A stretch of DNA of 63,478 bases, the filler included, from Octopus bimaculoides (taxonomy: Eukaryota): assembly GCF_001194135.2 (NCBI RefSeq). It is 8 parts of 8 records of this genome, joined end to end, with 100 filler letters (N's around TTAATTAATTAA, not from the genome) between each part and the next. Parts side by side here need not be neighbours in the genome. Positions count along the whole stretch, not along the records: positions 1 to 8,802 come from NC_068981.1; positions 8,903 to 18,566 come from NC_069005.1; 6 more parts are not named here. The stretch is one strand, 5' to 3'. Numbering within the stretch: the stretch's first letter is position 1; each line of letters opens with the position of its first letter. This document shows positions 1 to 11,900 of this stretch, piece by piece. The notes beneath the pieces are model-generated. The model searched no databases. It was not told the origin of the DNA and worked only from the letters and a program-made list of their open reading frames with translations. Position numbers and translations under genes: made by a program.

Positions 1-33
<33 letters not shown>

Positions 34-1069
34 TGAGGGAGAGAGGGATGAGTGAGTGGGTGGATAAATCTTAATTACTGTGAATCCGGCAAATTGTATT
101 GTGCTTCGTCTGGACTCTCGATTTTTCAATTAAACATCACGACTCTCAGACTTCAGATTTCTTACTTTGAGTCGCTTCTTCCTTTGAACGTATCATCTCC
201 GAAAATGTATGTATGTATGTATGTATGTGTTGTCTTTGCCGGCGGTGGATTATTCAGTTAGAATAAGATAAGCTACCAGTGGCGAAACTTGAAGTCACTG
301 ACAATTTATAAATTTGCGTGCGCATGCGCGTGTGTGTGTTTGTGTGTGTTTCAAATCACACTTAAAATGTTTTTCTTTACAAAGAATCCATTATCGGGCT
401 CCGTGAATATGAGTTTACAAAGCGTTGTAATTATTGTATAAACTGATAACAGACGATTCGGTGTAATGTTTATATTCAATTCATCTATAAAATAATTGCA
501 TAGATACTTATATACACATGCAGACACTGACATTAATTCACACACACACACACACACATATGCATAGATACATACATACATTCTTGCGTACATATACTCT
601 CGTACATATCTATATGTAAGTAGATATATATATACATAAATGTATGTATGTATGTATGTATGTATGAATGTATGTATACGTGCATGCATGCACATTTTCC
701 CTTTCATCCTTTCTTCTTGGGTCTCTACCCTCCGTCCTCCACTCCCTCACTCTCTACTCCTACTTCCTCTCTCTATTTTACTTCCTCCTCTTCTTATCCA
801 GTCTCCTCGCAAAGCGGGAAAAAAAAAACCTATCGTCTGTTTTATACAGTAAACAAGAGCTATTTAGTAATAACATGTATTTCAACTCCATACTGTTTAC
901 CGATTTCCTTCGTCACAACATCACGATAACTAAAGCTATTCATTGACGTTTTTTCGCTACAGCTGTCGTATTGTTTTATTTCTTTCATCGCAACGCATTC
1001 TCGTCAACACAGGCAAATACCACAACCGCCACGAACATACTACGCTACACCACACCATCTTTACCACCA

Positions 1070-1164
1070 CCATCACCACCACCACCACCACTACCACCAC
1101 CACCACCACATTACCACCACCATCAATACCACCAGTAACTTCAAACCTCTCTAAACACCAAAGT

Positions 1165-1207
<43 letters not shown>
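1070..1207 (+). repeat. (ACC)n then (ACT)n trinucleotide microsatellites running into an N gap
   Basis: Directly visible repeats. Confidence 0.9.
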
Positions 1208-1894
1208 NNNNNNNNNNNNNNNNNNNNNNNNNNNNNNNNNNNNNNNNNNNNNNNNNNNNNNNNNNNNNNNNNNNNNNNNNNNNNNNNNNNNNNNNNNNNN
1301 NNNNNNNCTTTCTCATCATGCCACACTCCCAGACAACATTATCAATTTGCACAGACAGATGACATGATTAGCTTAAACTGCCGTACTGTACTCGTTTATA
1401 TTATCAAACATGTTACGGCAATTGTTTGGCAGAATCGTTTGAACATCGAACAAAATGAATGCCGTGTCGTATTTCTTCCAGTTATTTGCATTTTGAGTTC
1501 AAATCCTACGGAGATTAACTTTACCTTTTAACCTTTCGGAAACAATAGAATAAGCGGTACCCCAGCATGACCGCAGGCTAATGACTGAAACAAGTAAAAG
1601 AATAACAAAATCAAATACTGGAATTGATGGTATTGACTTGTCCCTCCCTTAAGAATCACGTGATTTCTGCGTACATGCGTGTCATCGGCAGCAAGTATCC
1701 TCTACCATCGCATGCTTTAGTGTCCCTAAATTAACCCTTTGAGCACGTAATACCGGTTTACTGATAGATGGCTTATTTTTCTTTATACCATAGTACCGCT
1801 CTACCGGGGGAGTGCATCAGGAAGCCAGGTATATAGTCAAATAAGGTTAGGAGGTTAGGGCTCAAAGGGTTAATAAGCATTATTAACAGTGCTG

Positions 1895-2106
1895 AATGTG
1901 GTGAGTCGACAGAATTGATACCGCACCGAACAAAAAACTTAACGGTATTTCTTCCGTCTTCTCGTTCCGAGTTCAAATTCTGCCGAGGTTGATTTCGCCT
2001 TTTATATTTCGGAGTCGATAAAATAAGTACCAGTTGAGTACTGAGATCGATTTAATCGACTTGACCCCTTCCCCGAAATTGTTGGCCTTATACCAAAATT
2101 TGAAAT
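1895..2106 (+). mobile_element. tRNA-derived SINE, family A, diverged copy
   Basis: B-box-like GAGTTCAAATTC; body 'gtcgataaaataagtaccagttgag...ccaaaatttgaaa' recurs many times in the window. Confidence 0.8.
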
Positions 2107-2110
2107 CATT

Positions 2111-2260
2111 AAGGTGGCAAGCTGGCAGATTCATTAGCGCGCCGAACAAAATGATTAATGGCATTTCTTCAAGTTTCATATTCTGAGTTCGAATTCCGCC
2201 AAGATCCACTTTGCTTTCTTCCTTCGGAGTCGATAAAATAAGTATCAGTTGAGCACTTAC
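2111..2260 (+). mobile_element. SINE family A, tandem second copy truncated by gap
   Basis: Head 'aaggtggcaagctggcag', B-box GAGTTCGAATTCC; same body as 1895-2106. Confidence 0.8.
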
Positions 2261-4102
2261 NNNNNNNNNNNNNNNNNNNNNNNNNNNNNNNNNNNNNNNN
2301 NNNNNNNNNNNNNNNNNNNNNNNNNNNNNNNNNNNNNNNNNNNNNNNNNNNNNNNNNNNNNNNNNNNNNNNNNNNNNNNNNNNNNNNNNNNNNNNNNNNN
2401 NNNNNNNNNNNNNNNNNNNNNNNNNNNNNNNNNNNNNNNNNNNNNNNNNNNNNNNNNNNNNNNNNNNNNNNNNNNNNNNNNNNNNNNNNNNNNNNNNNNN
2501 NNNNNNNNNNNNNNNNNNNNNNNNNNNNNNNNNNNNNNNNNNNNNNNNNNNNNNNNNNNNNNNNNNNNNNNNNNNNNNNNNNNNNNNNNNNNNNNNNNNN
2601 NNNNNNNNNNNNNNNNNNNNNNNNNNNNNNNNNNNNNNNNNNNNNNNNNNNNNNNNNNNNNNNNNNNNNNNNNNNNNNNNNNNNNNNNNNNNNNNNNNNN
2701 NNNNNNNNNNNNNNNNNNNNNNNNNNNNNNNNNNNNNNNNNNNNNNNNNNNNNNNNNNNNNNNNNNNNNNNNNNNNNNNNNNNNNNNNNNNNNNNNNNNN
2801 NNNNNNNNNNNNNNNNNNNNNNNNNNNNNNNNNNNNNNNNNNNNNNNNNNNNNNNNNNNNNNNNNNNNNNNNNNNNNNNNNNNNNNNNNNNNNNNNNNNN
2901 NNNNNNNNNNNNNNNNNNNNNNNNNNNNNNNNNNNNNNNNNNNNNNNNNNNNNNNNNNNNNNNNNNNNNNNNNNNNNNNNNNNNNNNNNNNNNNNNNNNN
3001 NNNNNNNNNNNNNNNNNNNNNNNNNNNNNNNNNNNNNNNNNNNNNNNNNNNNNNNNNNNNNNNNNNNNNNNNNNNNNNNATATATATATATATATATATA
3101 TATATACGTACATATATATATATATATATACATACGTATATATACATACGTGCATAATTGTGTGTATATGTGTATATGTATTTGTATATAAATATACATA
3201 TACGCGCGTACATACATGCAAAAATGTGTGCGCGTATGTGTATGTACACATAAATACAAACACGCACACGTAAATACAAACGCGCGCGCGCGCGGCTTTG
3301 TTGAGCAACAGAGAAGTTGACTAATTGTTAAAATAAATGTTTTTAGATCATATTTTTTCGTCCCCTGGGGCTGATGACGATTCAGACACACCAACATGAA
3401 TACGTAACAAGATAACATGTAGTCAACACTAAATGACAGCTTGAATAATTGTAGAGGGTTTTCTATTATTGTTGATGTTGTCGCTGTCGTCAGCATTGTT
3501 GTTGTATGCTTTTCGTTACGTGATTTGTACATTTTATATCTGAATTAATTATAGACCAAAGGTAGATTGTTTTTGTTGTTATATATGCTATTCTTCTTCT
3601 TCTTCTTGGTGGTTATTATTTCTAACAATTGGAGAAACTGCGTAGATGTGTCTTCGTCAGTTTGTCGATGTTTAGCCCCAGGAAAATCCTGTCGGGGTCC
3701 TGTTAGGTTTTAAATGACGGCAGTTTCTTCGTGTCCAAAGGTTATGAGGTTGGGCGGCGTGCCCTCAAGTGCCTATATCAACTGCTCTTTGACGCTACAG
3801 TGCTTTTCTTCCTGCTTGCGCTTAGTAATGTTAAATTGAGAGTCAGTTCGCGCAATCCGAACCCATTCTTTAAGACTTGGAGGTCTGTCCACAGTGGCTC
3901 AGCGGGCTGAGATACCTGCAGTGACCAGTAAGATGTAGGTTTTATATTGGAGCGGCCTTTTCCTGGGTGAACTGCTTTGCAGAATTAGAGAGCTCCACCT
4001 GCTCTAGAAGTGCCGTTAGGGAGTCAAAGGTGGCACCGGATCCAGTGAAACAAACTGGGACTTCACTCCTTAGTTTGCTGTCAGTGTTGATTCATTTAGT
4101 CC

Positions 4103-4255
4103 AGTGGTTCTTAACCATATGACCTTTGGGGGCCCATACAAGAATTTGTTGTTAAAATACATGTGCAATAAATTGGTTATACTTCTACAACACAAAATAT
4201 TTTAAGATTTTTTTATACAGTTCCTAACAATATTTAATTATAAACAACGTTTAAT
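4103..4255 (+). mobile_element. hAT-like MITE terminus fragment
   Basis: Begins CAGTGGTTCTTAACC, resembling hAT/Charlie-type TIRs; similar starts at ~58868 and ~59120. No partner TIR seen. Confidence 0.35.
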
Positions 4256-4261
4256 TGTATG

Positions 4262-4483
4262 AAAGTGGCGAGCTGATAGAATCGTTAACACACTGGGCAA
4301 AATGCTTAGCGACATTTCGTCTGTCTTTACGTTCTGAGTTCAAATGCCACTGAGGCCGATTTTGCCGTTCATCCTTTCGCAATCGACGAAACAAGGACCA
4401 GTTGAGTACTGGGGTCGATGTAATCGACTTACCCACTTCCCCAAAATTGCTGGTCTCCCCCAAAAGTGCTAAAATTTGAAACC
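4262..4483 (+). mobile_element. SINE family A, near full length
   Basis: Head gtggcgagctgatagaatcg, B-box gagttcaaatgcc, family body and 'aaaatttgaaacc' end. Confidence 0.85.
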
Positions 4484-4847
4484 TATATTTAATTAATATG
4501 AGTTTTTGAAGCATTGAATGGCTATGAGATGGTCCAGCCGAGGAATCAATGCGGCCCATAGGTATGCAATAGGAACAATACAAGTTAGCTACGCACATTA
4601 CCAAATTACTCACANNNNNNNNNNNNNNNNNNNNNNNNNNNNNNNNNNNNNNNNNNNNNNNNNNNNNNNNNNNNNNNNNNNNNNNNNNNNNNNNNNNNNN
4701 NNNNNNNNNNNNNNNNNNNNNNNNNNNNNNNNNNNNNNNNNNNNNNNNNNNNNNNNNNNNNNNNNNNNNNNNNNNNNNNNNNNNNNNNNNNNNNNNNNNN
4801 NNNNNNNNNNNNNNNNNNNNNNNNNNNNNNNNNNNNNNNNNNNNNNN

Positions 4848-5022
4848 GGGGTCAGTCGATTAGATCGATCCAGTATGCAACTGGTACTTAATTTATCGAC
4901 CCCGAAAGGATGAAAGGCAAAGTTGAGCTCGGTGGAATTTGAACTCAGAACATAAAGACAGACGAAATACCATTAAGCATTTCGCCCGGCGTGCTAACGT
5001 TTCTGCCAGCTCGCCACCTTAT
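4848..5022 (-). mobile_element. SINE family A
   Basis: Reverse complement of the family A head and body. Confidence 0.85.
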
Positions 5023-5029
5023 TACAGAA

Positions 5030-5254
5030 TGAAATATTCTTTTCTACTCTAGGAACAAGGCCCGAAATTTTTGAGGAGGCGGGGCCAGTCGATTAGATCG
5101 ACTCCAGTATACAACTGGTACTTAATTTATCGACCCCGAAAAGATGAAAGGCAAATCGACCTCGGCGGAATTTGAACTCAGGACGTAAAGACAGACGAAA
5201 TACCGCCAAGCATTTCGCCCGGCGGGCTAACGTTTCTGCCAGCTCGTCACCTTA
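5030..5254 (-). mobile_element. SINE family A, tandem with the previous copy
   Basis: Highly similar to 4848-5022, same orientation. Confidence 0.85.
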
Positions 5255-5428
5255 ACAGTATCGGACTTATACGGACAAACAAATAACAGGTTTGTTGTAA
5301 TGGCTGCATGTTGAAGGATGAATGTAGGACAGAACACCATGTGATATATATTCTCTTTAACTTCGGTTAATCATAAAGCTTGATACAATCTCAGTAAAGT
5401 CCATTGGGTGTATCCTTTATCCCATATG

Positions 5429-5842
5429 TTTTACTTGTTTCAGTCATCGGTCTGCGGCCATGCTGAAGCACCGCTTTGGAAGGATTAGTTGAACAAATTC
5501 ATTCCATAACTTGTTTCTTTTCGTTTTTTTTTCTTTTCTTTTGGCCTGATACTTATTCTATCGAACTCTTTTGTCGAACTGATATGTCTCAGAGACGTAA
5601 ACAAACCAACACCGGTTGTCAAGCGATGGAAGGCACAAACGAAAGACATAAATGCACACGCGGGTGCACATGCACACACAGATATTTACGATGTGTTTCC
5701 TCACAACTTCCTTCAACCAGATTCATTCACAAGACGAGTCGGCCCGCGGCTACAGTAGAAGACACTTCCCACAAGTTGACGCGCAGTGGGACTGAACCTG
5801 AAACTGCGTGGTTGCAAAGTAAGCTCTTTAACCACACATCCA
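5429..5842 (-). mobile_element. tRNA-derived SINE family B, near full length, with internal (CA)-rich segment
   Basis: Head near 5760-5842 is the reverse complement of the A/B-box head at 56275; tail 'ttttacttgtttcagtcat..gcggccatgctg' is shared with 8128, 10010, 47121 and 54410. Confidence 0.8.
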
Positions 5843-6144
5843 TGAGTCCCTCAGTTAATCTATTTAAAGTCGTCTGTTTTATTTTTCTATTATTTATTTA
5901 TTTATTTATCTTGATCAAGTTTGTTTATGGGAAAATTTGGTTGAATACTTTTTGAGTATTATTGTTAATGTGAGTTTTGGAGTTTGTTTTGGTCACAATT
6001 AAAAGCAAGATTAAAGAGTTTCGAAGACTTATTTGTATCTGTGTGTATTCTATATTTCATCTATTCTGGTGTACGAGTTGTTTATAGTCTGGAACTTTTG
6101 TATGTATACGTGTCTGTTTCGATTAATGCTCGTTTTCATTTACA

Positions 6145-6182
<38 letters not shown>

Positions 6183-6195
6183 GTNNNNNNNNNNA

Positions 6196-6233
<38 letters not shown>

Positions 6234-6299
6234 GTTTTTTTTCAGTTTCGGTTGTTGTTTTTTTAGTTAGATTCTTGTGGATATTAATTTCATCTTGTG

Positions 6300-7090
6300 T
6301 GTTTTGTTTCAAAGAATCTCAACAAATATCTCGGAGGAAGAAATATTCAAACAAACAACACCATTCTACAACAAAATCATAAAACCTAGCAGATTCAAAG
6401 AAAAACTACGATACATTCACAAAGTCCCAGCACGGACAATAAGCATAAGAAATAGATATCACCTGGTGCAATCCACTCTTCAGCCCAAATGTAACATGAA
6501 ACGTGGTACATATATTCATAGCATTAATCAGTAAACGTTTCCCATCAGTGCGCAAATAACACAAATTGTTCAATAGAAACAATACAAAAGTTAGCTACGC
6601 ACATTACCAAATTACTTACAGAAGCTACTCGTTCCATGTATACCAATATCATTTATAATAGGATATTATATTCCCCAAATTCTTCTTTAAACACATACCT
6701 CCTTCTAATGAGACAAGCTTCCCAAAAAAACAAACAGCTTTAATTAAGCTAACAGATAAATTCAATATTTTCCCATAAAAATATATTTACCCTATGAAAG
6801 AATTTCTGCATTGAAATTTTTCTCAACACTTCTCCCAATAAAAGCAAAATAATATACAAACATCTCAATACGGGCGCATGCACACACATCCGCACAACAA
6901 CAACAACGGCAACAAATCAAACAAACTAGTCTTTAAACCTTAACAATAACCAAAACAAAATTCAAAATATATATTAAAGACACTTGTAAAAAATTCACTC
7001 ATCCATGAAGTCTAATATCAAGAGCCATGAAAAACCTCGCTCTATTCAAAAGGAAGACCGACTTGCTCAAAGAAACGAAAATTTAAATAA
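6300..7090 (+). mobile_element. Penelope-like element remnant (RT-to-GIY-YIG linker region), decayed
   Basis: Translation ISTNISEEEIFKQTTPFYNKIIKPSRFKEKLRYI, then frameshifted ITWCNPLFSPNV...LISKRFP...KLFNRNNTKVSYA, matches the PLE R-x-I-x-W-x-NP-x-S / HFP / KIFNRN-x-K-x-SY motif series. Confidence 0.7.
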
Positions 7091-7675
7091 CTTTAATTAT
7101 ATTAACATAACAAAGAAATTCAACAAATAAGCAATCCAATAAAAATAAACAACAAAAACGAAATAAAAACAGACATAAGACATCAGCACAAAGAAATATA
7201 AGAAAAAAACAAAAAATACAGAAAGCACGCCTTGCAATAATTAAACAGCATACCAAGGAACATGCAACAGTCACGAACTTATACAAAGGCACTGGGTTTT
7301 GTCAGTTTAATCGAATTGTATTTTCTCCCACTTCGCACTTCAATTACATTCATGATTTTTTTTTCTCTCTCGTTTATATTTTTGCATGCGCTGTAACAAG
7401 ACAACTAGTTTTTGCCAACGCAAAACGACATCACTTTCGTTGGATTCTACTGTTTTACTATCTGGCGTGGATTTTTCGTCTACTACTGCTACTGTTGGAC
7501 CTAACGTGTGAGGTACAATACATTGCTTTTATTGAAAATGATTGGAAAGAGAGAATCTCCGAGATGGAATCATTAAAAAATTACGTTCGGTGAATAACCA
7601 TATTTTACGAAGGTTTTACACGGGAGAAAACTCAGCCACTTTGTAATATTCAGGTCTGTAACGTCTAAAAGAGTA

Positions 7676-7938
7676 AAGACACCCCTCGGTCATGAATGAC
7701 TATGGGATTGCACCGAGAAAGTTCCTCTCCGAAGCAAAAGTCCAGGCATGGTTGTTTATGGAAGACCACCAGTCGCCCATGCATACCAGCTTCTCCTCTC
7801 CACGCCATTGATATTGTCCAAGGGAAAGGCAAAAACCGATACAGCTTGGCACCAGTGATCACAACACATTTCTACAGCTGAATGAACTGGAGCAACGTGA
7901 AATAAAGTGTCTTGCTCAAGAACACAACACAGCCCGGT
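7676..7938 (-). mobile_element. SINE family C, 5'-truncated
   Basis: Matches 16600-16815 over its length. Confidence 0.85.
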
Positions 7939-8127
7939 CAATAAATGACAACAAAAAAAAATTAAATTAAGCCAATTTCTCAAGCAACCACTCATTTAAT
8001 TGACCGGACGGTATTTTTCGTGGATCCGAAACGATGCATAAAATGAAACGTGAGTTGTGCGTGTTGATCGACGATCAGACTGGATATAAAGTGTCGATAA
8101 TGACGATTATCGATTAAATTAATCTTT

Positions 8128-8262
8128 TATCTTTTACTTGTTTCTGTCATTAGACTTCGGCAGTGCTGGGGTACTGCCTTGAAGAATTTTAGTCGAACGA
8201 ATTGACCGCAGTAGCTTTGTTTTCTTTTTAGCCCGGTACTTATCCTATCGGTTTTTTGCCGA
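8128..8262 (-). mobile_element. SINE family B 3' fragment
   Basis: Same tail as 5429-5580. Confidence 0.75.
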
Positions 8263-8299
8263 ATAATAATAATAATAATAGTAATTATAACAACATCGA

Positions 8300-8445
8300 A
8301 AAATACCTTAGGAATGAGAACCCAGGTTCGAAATTTCCCCCAAGACACCTGAAAAAGACTGGAAGGTATATCAGCCAAAACGTTGTGTTAACAATAAACA
8401 AGATGAGGACAAATATCCGTCGAATGTAAATAATGTAAATAATAT
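8300..8445 (+). mobile_element. Penelope-type terminal repeat carrying a mutated minimal hammerhead (8345-8388)
   Basis: acac-CTGAAAA-a-gactg..cagcc-AAAA-CGT-T-gtgt follows HHR layout (stem I, core, stem II, GAAA, ACGU stem III) with core substitutions. Confidence 0.55.
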
Positions 8446-8802
8446 AGACACATATTCATACATACTTTCATAGACACACTTCACACATTACGCAATATCT
8501 ATGCTAAGAAATTTCTCCGAGAAACCATTTGAAGTCAACGTAGTATAAACTTCCAATCAGCAGTACCGTGAAGCTAACTTGTAAACAACTAAATATTTAA
8601 CTTCACCTTATGTGAGCAATATATAAGAACTGGCTTTGACTTCGTGTTTACAGCCAGGAATGCCTTACGGCGATCCTTTATGTTAATGCCATTCTTCGTG
8701 ATAGGAAATATTTGTCTCCACTTTCTTTCGAGTTCTACGTCAGATAATGTTTATTCACTGAATAAAGTCCCGCAACAACATATATATATATATATATATA
8801 TA

Positions 8803-8902
8803 NNNNNNNNNNNNNNNNNNNNNNNNNNNNNNNNNNNNNNNNNNNNTTAATTAATTAANNNNNNNNNNNNNNNNNNNNNNNNNNNNNNNNNNNNNNNNNN
8901 NN
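8803..8902. other. Artificial scaffold spacer 44N+TTAATTAATTAA+44N
   Basis: Exactly 100 bp; palindromic 12-mer with stops in all six frames; identical at 7 sites. Confidence 0.95.
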
Positions 8903-8946
<44 letters not shown>

Positions 8947-10417
8947 TTGTCTTTATGTGTGTATGCATGTTGGCATGTATATGTATACATTTAATCTGTT
9001 CTTTCATATGAAAATAAGGAAATATTCTCCGATATTTTTGTGGGTTTGTTTTTGTTTTTTTTTCCATTGCTTTCTTTTGCGTTTTCCAGTAAAAACCTAA
9101 AATATAAATAATGCAAAGATAACATTATTATTAGCGAACCTAAATCTCCCTGAGTCTTTACAGTCCTTTTGTTCACGTACATACACCCACCACACACACA
9201 CACTCACATGCACACACATACACAAATGCACTTGCACACACACACAATCACATATATTATGCATATTTATGTTTTTACCCCGAAATCTTAGTACACAGTT
9301 TTCTCATTTTGTTTCCTACAAGGAGAATGTTGTATATTGAAATATACTATACTCCTGGGGATTCTTAGGAAAATTGCATTCTGCAACATTCCTACAAATA
9401 TATTCAGCATAGCATTTCTCAAGAGTGTTTTCAAGCATTATATGTTCTAATATCGAAGCTAGTATAATTATTTCCTGCCATGTTACCTTAAGGATAAAGG
9501 GCATTGATACGTTCATTATCACAGTACTTAAAGGGGTTTGCAGTTGGAGATTTTTTTCTTCTTCAAACGTTGCCGTAAACAACAAGTAAAGTGTTTACCT
9601 CGAGTTACGAAGTATTGCAATCGTATCTATGAATCAGTTATCAATCTCAAGTTAAATGCGTGCGGTCATCTCTCTGTAAAATCTCTTACGAAGTTCAATG
9701 GAGGACACGCATGATATGTCAAAAGAGTTAAGTAGTTTCGTAAATGAGCAGCTATGACCACAGCAAACTATGACCATTGAACGTAGCGGTCGTTTCGCCT
9801 AGCAGGAAGTAGTAATAAAATCGGTCGTACTATTAACTACATAGTCTCATAAATGTAGCTGAACATGTCAGATGATATAGTAGTCGATAAATTATGCATG
9901 AAACTATATGCTCATAGATATATATATATATACACACACACATACACACATATATATATATATATACGCACACACACACACACACACACACACATTCTTT
10001 TACATTCTTTAAATTGTTTCAGTCATGTAACTAAGGCCATGCTGGAAGACCGTCTTTAGTCGAAGAGAGGCAAGTACTTATTGTGAGCCTAGCACTTACT
10101 NNNNNNNNNNNNNNNNNNNNNNNNNNNNNNNNNNNNNNNNNNNNNNNNNNNNNNNNNNNNNNNNNNNNNNNNNNNNNNNNNNNNNNNNNNNNNNNNNNNN
10201 NNNNNNNNNNNNNNNNNNNNNNNNNNNNNNNNNNNNNNNNNNNNNNNNNNNNNNNNNNNNNNNNNNNNNNNNNNNNNNNNNNNNNNNNNNNNNNNNNNNN
10301 NNNNNNNNNNNNNNNNNNNNNNNNNNNNNNNNNNNNNNNNNNNNNNNNNNNNNNNNNNNNNNNNNNNNNNNNNNNNNNNNNNNNNNNNNNNNNNNNNNNN
10401 NNNNNNNNNNNNNNNNN

Positions 10418-10833
10418 ACGTATCAGTTAAGACAATCGTTTGTACTTCCTGCATGGATGGTAAGCCAGGGATCATTCTCAAATAATTTTCAGTTCCTTTT
10501 TTTGATCATTCCAAGTGTTCCTACAATTACTGGTATTGTAACCGTATTGAGATGCCACATGTTTTCGGTTTCGATTAGCAAATCTTTATATTTTCTGAGT
10601 TTATCAAATTCTTTTGCTGAGATATTATGGCCATAGGGTACGCTCATGTCATTCAATAAACAGACTTTATTGTTTTGGTCTTTCACAAGAATATGTGGTT
10701 TATTTGCCTTGATTGTGTAGTCTGTATATACTGAGAAGTCCCAAAGACTAGTTACATTTTCTCCCTCAGAGTGGTGTTTGTACCATTTGTCAGCAGTTTT
10801 GACTTTATAATGCCGACACATTATCTAGTGTAC
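10418..10833 (-). mobile_element. R4/Dong-type non-LTR retrotransposon, C-terminal restriction-like endonuclease segment
   Basis: ORF 10489-10821: MCRHYKVKTADKWYKH..LWDFSVYTDYTIKANKPHILVKD..CLLNDMSVP..KEFDKLRKYKDL..WHLNTVTIPVIVGTLG, an RLE PD-(D/E)xK region. Confidence 0.85.
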
Positions 10834-11900
10834 AAAAATTTTGAAAAATTCTATTTTTAAATGATTTCTAATATGGTGATTAGTTTTTCAGTATATTTAT
10901 TTATAAAATGAATGAGAGTTTTATCTAGAAATTATAAGTTATGATTGGATAAATTTGTGCCAGCATCTGCGGTTATGCATATAATTAAAATTAAAAGGTT
11001 TTGGTTTAAAGTAAAGTAAGATATAATTATGGTGAAAGGAAATTTTATGGTTGTTTTTTTTTGGTAAAATTTTTTAGAATTAATTTGTTTATTGTTTTTT
11101 CTTTATTGTTGATACTTTGAAATTTTAAAAATAAACTAGGATTAGATACCCTATTATTTTTTAGAGTAAAAATTAATTTTTATTTTCCTAAGTATTGTGA
11201 GAATAATTTAATAGTATTCTTTAAATCTTGAAAGGTGTGGCGGTTTTACATATCCAGTTAGGGGAGTTTCTTAATATAGTTTGATAATCCATATTTTAAA
11301 CTTNNNNNNNNNNNNNNNNNNNNNNNNNNNNNNNNNNNNNNNNNNNNNNNNNNNNNNNNNNNNNNNNNNNNNNNNNNNNNNNNNNNNNNNNNNNNNNNNN
11401 NNNNNNNNNNNNNNNNNNNNNNNNNNNNNNNNNNNNNNNNNNNNNNNNNNNNNNNNNNNNNNNNNNNNNNNNNNNNNNNNNNNNNNNNNNNNNNNNATAT
11501 ATATATATATATATATATATAGCAGTTTATGTTGCTGTCGGCAGTTTATATTTTAAGTGTAAAAGAACTTTAAAACTCTTTGGTTAACATGTCAAGTCAT
11601 AATGTAGCTGATAAAGAAGGCTTAATGGATTACTGTAATTTATATTATTTATATATCCTGATAATGATATATAAATAAATTTAAATCTATATATATAAAT
11701 TTTGTTAGCAACGTAGACTTAATAGTAAATTTACTGATTAGTATGTATAATTGAATATGGTTTTGTAAAGTGTACATATCGCCCGTCACTCTTGTTGTTT
11801 CAATAAGATAAATCGTAACATAATAGAAGTAATGGGACTTATTTCTATACTTATTACTTTAAAATAATAAAAAAATGTTATATATATTATATTAAAATTA
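10834..11900 (+). pseudogene. rrnS: NUMT: nuclear copy of mitochondrial 12S rRNA (possibly extending into the start of trnV), inserted in the LINE
   Basis: Conserved 12S anchors in the correct order: GTGCCAGCATCTGCGGTTA (10957), AAACTAGGATTAGATACCCTATTAT (11133, the 12Sai primer site), GTACATATCGCCCGTCACTCTT (11772), AATCGTAACA (11811); very AT-rich. Confidence 0.92.

Noticed and set aside
3600-4070. GC-richer block that might be a coding exon
   Set aside because: No convincing open frame; it has a (TTC)n end and motifs shared with retroelement-associated repeats, and the family could not be assigned.
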